From Squalus acanthias (taxonomy: Eukaryota), in the NCBI GenBank assembly GCA_030390025.1, contig CM059431.1, positions 141,796,001 through 141,860,000 on the forward strand: a stretch of 64,000 bases of DNA, read 5' to 3'. The notes below the pieces were generated by a model. It was not told where the DNA came from and did not search any database. It saw only the letters and a list, made by a program, of their open reading frames with translations. The position numbers were made by a program, and so were the translations under genes. Shown one piece after another: positions 60,111 through 64,000 of the stretch. Numbering within the stretch: the first letter of the stretch is position 1; each line of letters opens with the position of its first letter.

Positions 60111-60117
60111 ATTTATA
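60111..60117 (-). promoter_or_regulatory. TATA box of right GPCR gene
   Basis: TATAAAT 84 nt upstream of the ATG, mirror of 4379. Confidence 0.6.
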
Positions 60118-60394
60118 GAACAATCGGTGCCCCGATCAGAAAAACAGATTACTAAATATTTGGCTTTAGTTACAGTCACTTAACAAACAAGGGGCGATTT
60201 TCCGCTTCAGTGCGCCGGGTCGCCAATGGGGAAATTGTACGGAAAGTAATCTCAGAGGGAATGTGCCCTGCGCTTGGTCCCTGAACCCTGAATGGAACAT
60301 CTCTCCTGGACTCTGCGTTAGACTCTTGAGGTCTCAAATCCATTCGGTGAAAACTTCACTCAACCATTGCATAACCTAGGTTTGTTTTTTTACT

Positions 60395-61565
60395 GTAATG
60401 ATAATTAGTGATGACTCCACTCTAATATTACTGGCAATGATTCATCGCTAACATTACTAGTGATGACGCCTCTCTAACATTGCTGGCTGGGACCCTACTT
60501 TAATATTAATGGTGATGACGCTACGCTGACAGTAATGGTGATGAGCCTATTCTACCGTTACTGGTGGTGATAATGCTCTAATATTATCACCGGTAACCCA
60601 ACATTATTGGTGGTGACTCTGCACTAAGATTACTGGCGGTGGTCCTACCCTAACATTACTAGTGGTGACCCTACTCTAACATTACAGGTGGTGACGCTAC
60701 TCTAACATTATTGGTGGTGACTCTACTCCAATATTACTGGTGGTGACCGTACTCTAACATTAATAGTGGTTACTCTAATCTAACATTACTGGTGGTGACT
60801 CTACTCTAACATTATTGGTGGTGACCCTACTCCAATATTACTGGCGGTGACCATACTCTAACATTAATGGTGGTGACTCTAATCTAACATTACTGGTGGT
60901 GACTCGACTCTACCATTACTGGTGGTGATCCTACGCTAAAATTATTGGTGGTCACCCGACTCAAACATTACTGGAGGTGAACCTACTCTAACATTACTGG
61001 CGGTGAACCTACTATAACATTACTGGCGGTGAACCTACTCTAACATTACTGCTGGTGACCCGACGCAAACATTACTGGTGCTGACACAAATCTAACATTG
61101 CTGGTGGTGACCCTACTTCCACGTTACTGGTGGTGACCTTACTCTAACATTACTGGTGTTGACCATACTCTAACATAACTGACGATGGCCCTACTCAAAC
61201 CATACTGGTGGTGACACAACTGTAACATTACTGGTGGTGACTCTACACTAATATTACTGGTAGTGACTCTAATCTAACATAAATTCTGTTGACCCTAATC
61301 TCACATCACTAGTGGTGTCTCTAATCTATCATTACTGGTGCTGACTCTGCAATAACATTACTGGCGGTGACCCAAGGCATCCATTGCAGTTTGTGGGCCT
61401 ACTCTAATATAACTGGTGGTATACCTATTGTAAAATTGCTGCTAATCCCCCTACTCTAACATTAATGGTAATGGCCGTGCAAAGATATGCGTTTTGAGGA
61501 TTCAATTCTAGCATTGCGGGTCATCATCCTACTAGTGTTGACTATACTTTAGCGATACTGGCAGT
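60395..61565 (-). repeat. 26-bp satellite, inverted orientation (resumes ~63607-63815)
   Basis: TCTAACATTACTGGTGGTGACCCTAC units = reverse complement of the 1-4060 array. Confidence 0.96.
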
Positions 61566-61569
61566 ATTT

Positions 61570-62620
61570 GTTTGTTTATGGGATTTATTGGCTAGACCTA
61601 ATTGCCCTTGAGAAGCTGGTGGTGAGCTGCCTTTTGAACCGTTGCAGTCCGTGTGGTGAAGGTGCTCCCACAGTGCTGTTAGGTAGGGAGTTCCAGGATT
61701 TTGACCCAGCGACGATGAAGGATCGGCGATATACTTCTAAGTCAGCATGGTGGGTGACTTGGAAGGGAACTTGCAGGTGGTGGTGTTCCCATGCGTCTGC
61801 TGCCCTTGTCCTTCTAGTTGGAAGAGGACACGTGTTTGGGAGGTGCTGCCGATGAAGCCTTGGCGAGTTGCTGCATTGCATCTTGTAGACGGTATACACT
61901 GCAGCTACGGTTCGCCGGTGGTGGATGGAGTGAATGTTTAAGGTGGTAGATGGGATGCCAATCAAGCGAGCTGCTTTGTCCTGGATGGTGTCGAGCTTCT
62001 TGAGTGTTTTTGGAGCTGCATTCATCCAGGCACGTGGAGAGTATTCCATCACACCCCTTACTTGTGCCTTGTAGATGGTAGAATTGCTTTGGGGAGTCAG
62101 GAGGTGAGACACACGCCACAGAATACCCAGCCTCTGACCTGCTCTTGATGCCACATTATTTATGTGGCTGGTACAGTTAAGTTTCTGGTCAATGGTTTCC
62201 CCCAGGCTGTTGATGGTGAGGAATTCGCCGATGGTAATGCCGTTGAATGTCAAGGGGAGTGGGTAGACTCTCGCTTGTTGGAGATAGTCATTACCTGGCA
62301 CTTCTGTGGCGCGAATGTTAACTTTAACTTATCAGCCCAAGCCTGTACATCGTCCAGGTCTTGTTGCATGCTGGCATGGGCTGCTTTATTATCTGAGGAG
62401 TTGTGAATGGTACTGAACACTGTGCAGTCATCAGCGAACCACCCCATTTCTGACCTTTTGTTGGAAGGAAGGTCATTGATGAAGCAGCTGAAGATGATTG
62501 GGCCTAGGACACTGCCCTGAGGAACTCCTGCGCTGTGATGATTGGCCTTCAAACAGCACAACCATCTTCCTTTGTGGTAGGTATGACTACAGCCAGTGAA
62601 GAGTTTACAGCCTTTGCCCA
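61570..62620 (-). mobile_element. Second-family LINE 3' part
   Basis: [37 protein letters not shown]. Confidence 0.9.
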
Positions 62621-62629
62621 TTTATTCTA

Positions 62630-63606
62630 ATCTCAATAATGACTTGGATAATGGGACCGAGTGTTTTGCAGCCATGTTTGCGGATGATACAAAGATGGGT
62701 GGGAAAGCATGTTGTGCAGAGGACTCAAAAAAGCTGCAGAGGGATATGGACAGGCTAAGTGAGTGGGAAAACATTTGGCAGATGGAGTATAATGTGGGAA
62801 AATGCGGAATTATCCACTTCGGCGGGAAAAATAAAAAAAGCCAATTATTATTTAAATGGAGAGACATTACAAAATGCTAACGTTCAGAGGGACCTGGGGG
62901 GCCTTGTGCATGAAACACAAAAAGTTAGCATGCAGGTACAGCAAGTAATCAAAAAGGCAAATGCAATGTCGGCCTTTATTTCAAGGGGGTTGGAGTATAA
63001 AAGCAGGGAAGCTTTGCTACAACTGTACAGGGTATTGTTGAGACCACACCTTGAGTACTGCGTACAGTTTTGGTCTCATTATTTCAGGAAGGATATACTT
63101 GCATTGGAGGCAGTTCAGAGACAATTCCCTTGGTTAATTCCAGAGATCTTGGGGTTGACTTATGAGGGAAGGTTGAGCAGGCTGGGCCTTTAATCATTGG
63201 AATTTTGAAGAATGAGAGCTGATCTTATTGAAACATATAAGATACGGAGGGGGCTCGACAAGGTAGCCGCAGAGAGGATGATTCTCGTCGTGGGGAAATC
63301 TAGAACTCGGGGGCACAGTTTCAGAATAAAGGGTCGCCCTTTTAGAACTGAGATGAAAAGGAATTTCTTCTCTCAGATGGTCGTAAATCTGTGGAATTCT
63401 CTGCCCCAAAGAGCTGTGGATGCTGGGTTATTATATACATTGAAGCTGGAGATAGACTGATTTTTGCTAGATAAGGGAATGAAGGGTTATGGTGAGCGGG
63501 CAGGGAAGTGGCTTTGAGTCCAAGATCAGCCATGATATTATTGAATGCCGGAGCAGGCTCGAGGGGCCAAGTGGCCTATTCCTGCTCCTATTTCTTATTT
63601 TCTTAT
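62630..63606 (+). mobile_element. 5'-truncated CR1
   Basis: FADDTKMGG...RPHLEYCVQFW...TRGH, 3' UTR and TTCTTAT tail. Confidence 0.92.
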
Positions 63607-64000
63607 AATGTCATTAGTGGTGACATTAATCTTACATTATTTACGATGACCGAACTATAACATTACCGATGGCGGTTCTACACTATCAATACTGGTGGTC
63701 AGTCAACTCTAACATTTTTGGCGGTAACCGTATTCTAACATTATTGTTGATGACGAGACACTAACATTAGCGGTAATAACGACAATTTAACATTTCTGAT
63801 GCTAACCCTACTCTACATAAGAACATAAGAATTAGGACCAGATATCATACAGTCATAGAGCCACACGGCACAGAACGAGGGCATTCGGCATATTGAGTCC
63901 GTGCCGGCTCTCTGAAGAGCAATCCAGTCAGTCCCATTCCCCCGCTCTATCCCCGTGGCCCTGCAAGTTTATTTCCCTCAAGTGCCTATCCAGTCTCCCC

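Larger units (their letters stand above)
53460..63815 (-). repeat. Right arm of the large inverted duplication
   Basis: Reverse-complement colinearity with 1-12443; carries its own insertions (GPCR intron ~58750-59460; LINEs 61570-63606). Confidence 0.92.

Overview
Vertebrate nuclear DNA, most likely cartilaginous fish (inferred from the CR1/Penelope repeat landscape and the receptor family). The window is built as an old inverted duplication. Arm L (~1-12.4 kb) and arm R (~53.5-63.8 kb) each carry a 26-bp satellite, a TATA promoter, a two-exon GPR139/GPR142-like class A GPCR, a minisatellite and a tRNA-Thr pseudogene. The ~41-kb spacer holds full-length and truncated CR1 LINEs, a Penelope-like element (PLE), a triplicated ~1.6-1.75-kb unit with exon-like pieces, and a partly mirror-symmetric tRNA cluster (14 tRNA-like sequences in the window, mostly degenerate). 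Most notable: (1) all three CR1 ORF1/ORF2 junctions end in an in-phase U_UUA_AAC slippery heptamer with ORF2 in the -1 frame, pointing to programmed -1 frameshifting; (2) minimal hammerhead ribozyme motifs in palindromic PLE-derived insertions; (3) tRNA copies each lacking one structural arm; (4) a GPCR paralog with an open frame that has lost both disulfide cysteines and the DRY Asp; (5) a tail-less CR1 fragment inside a GIY-YIG motif. All comparisons were made by eye, reference sequences are from memory, and repeat boundaries are approximate.
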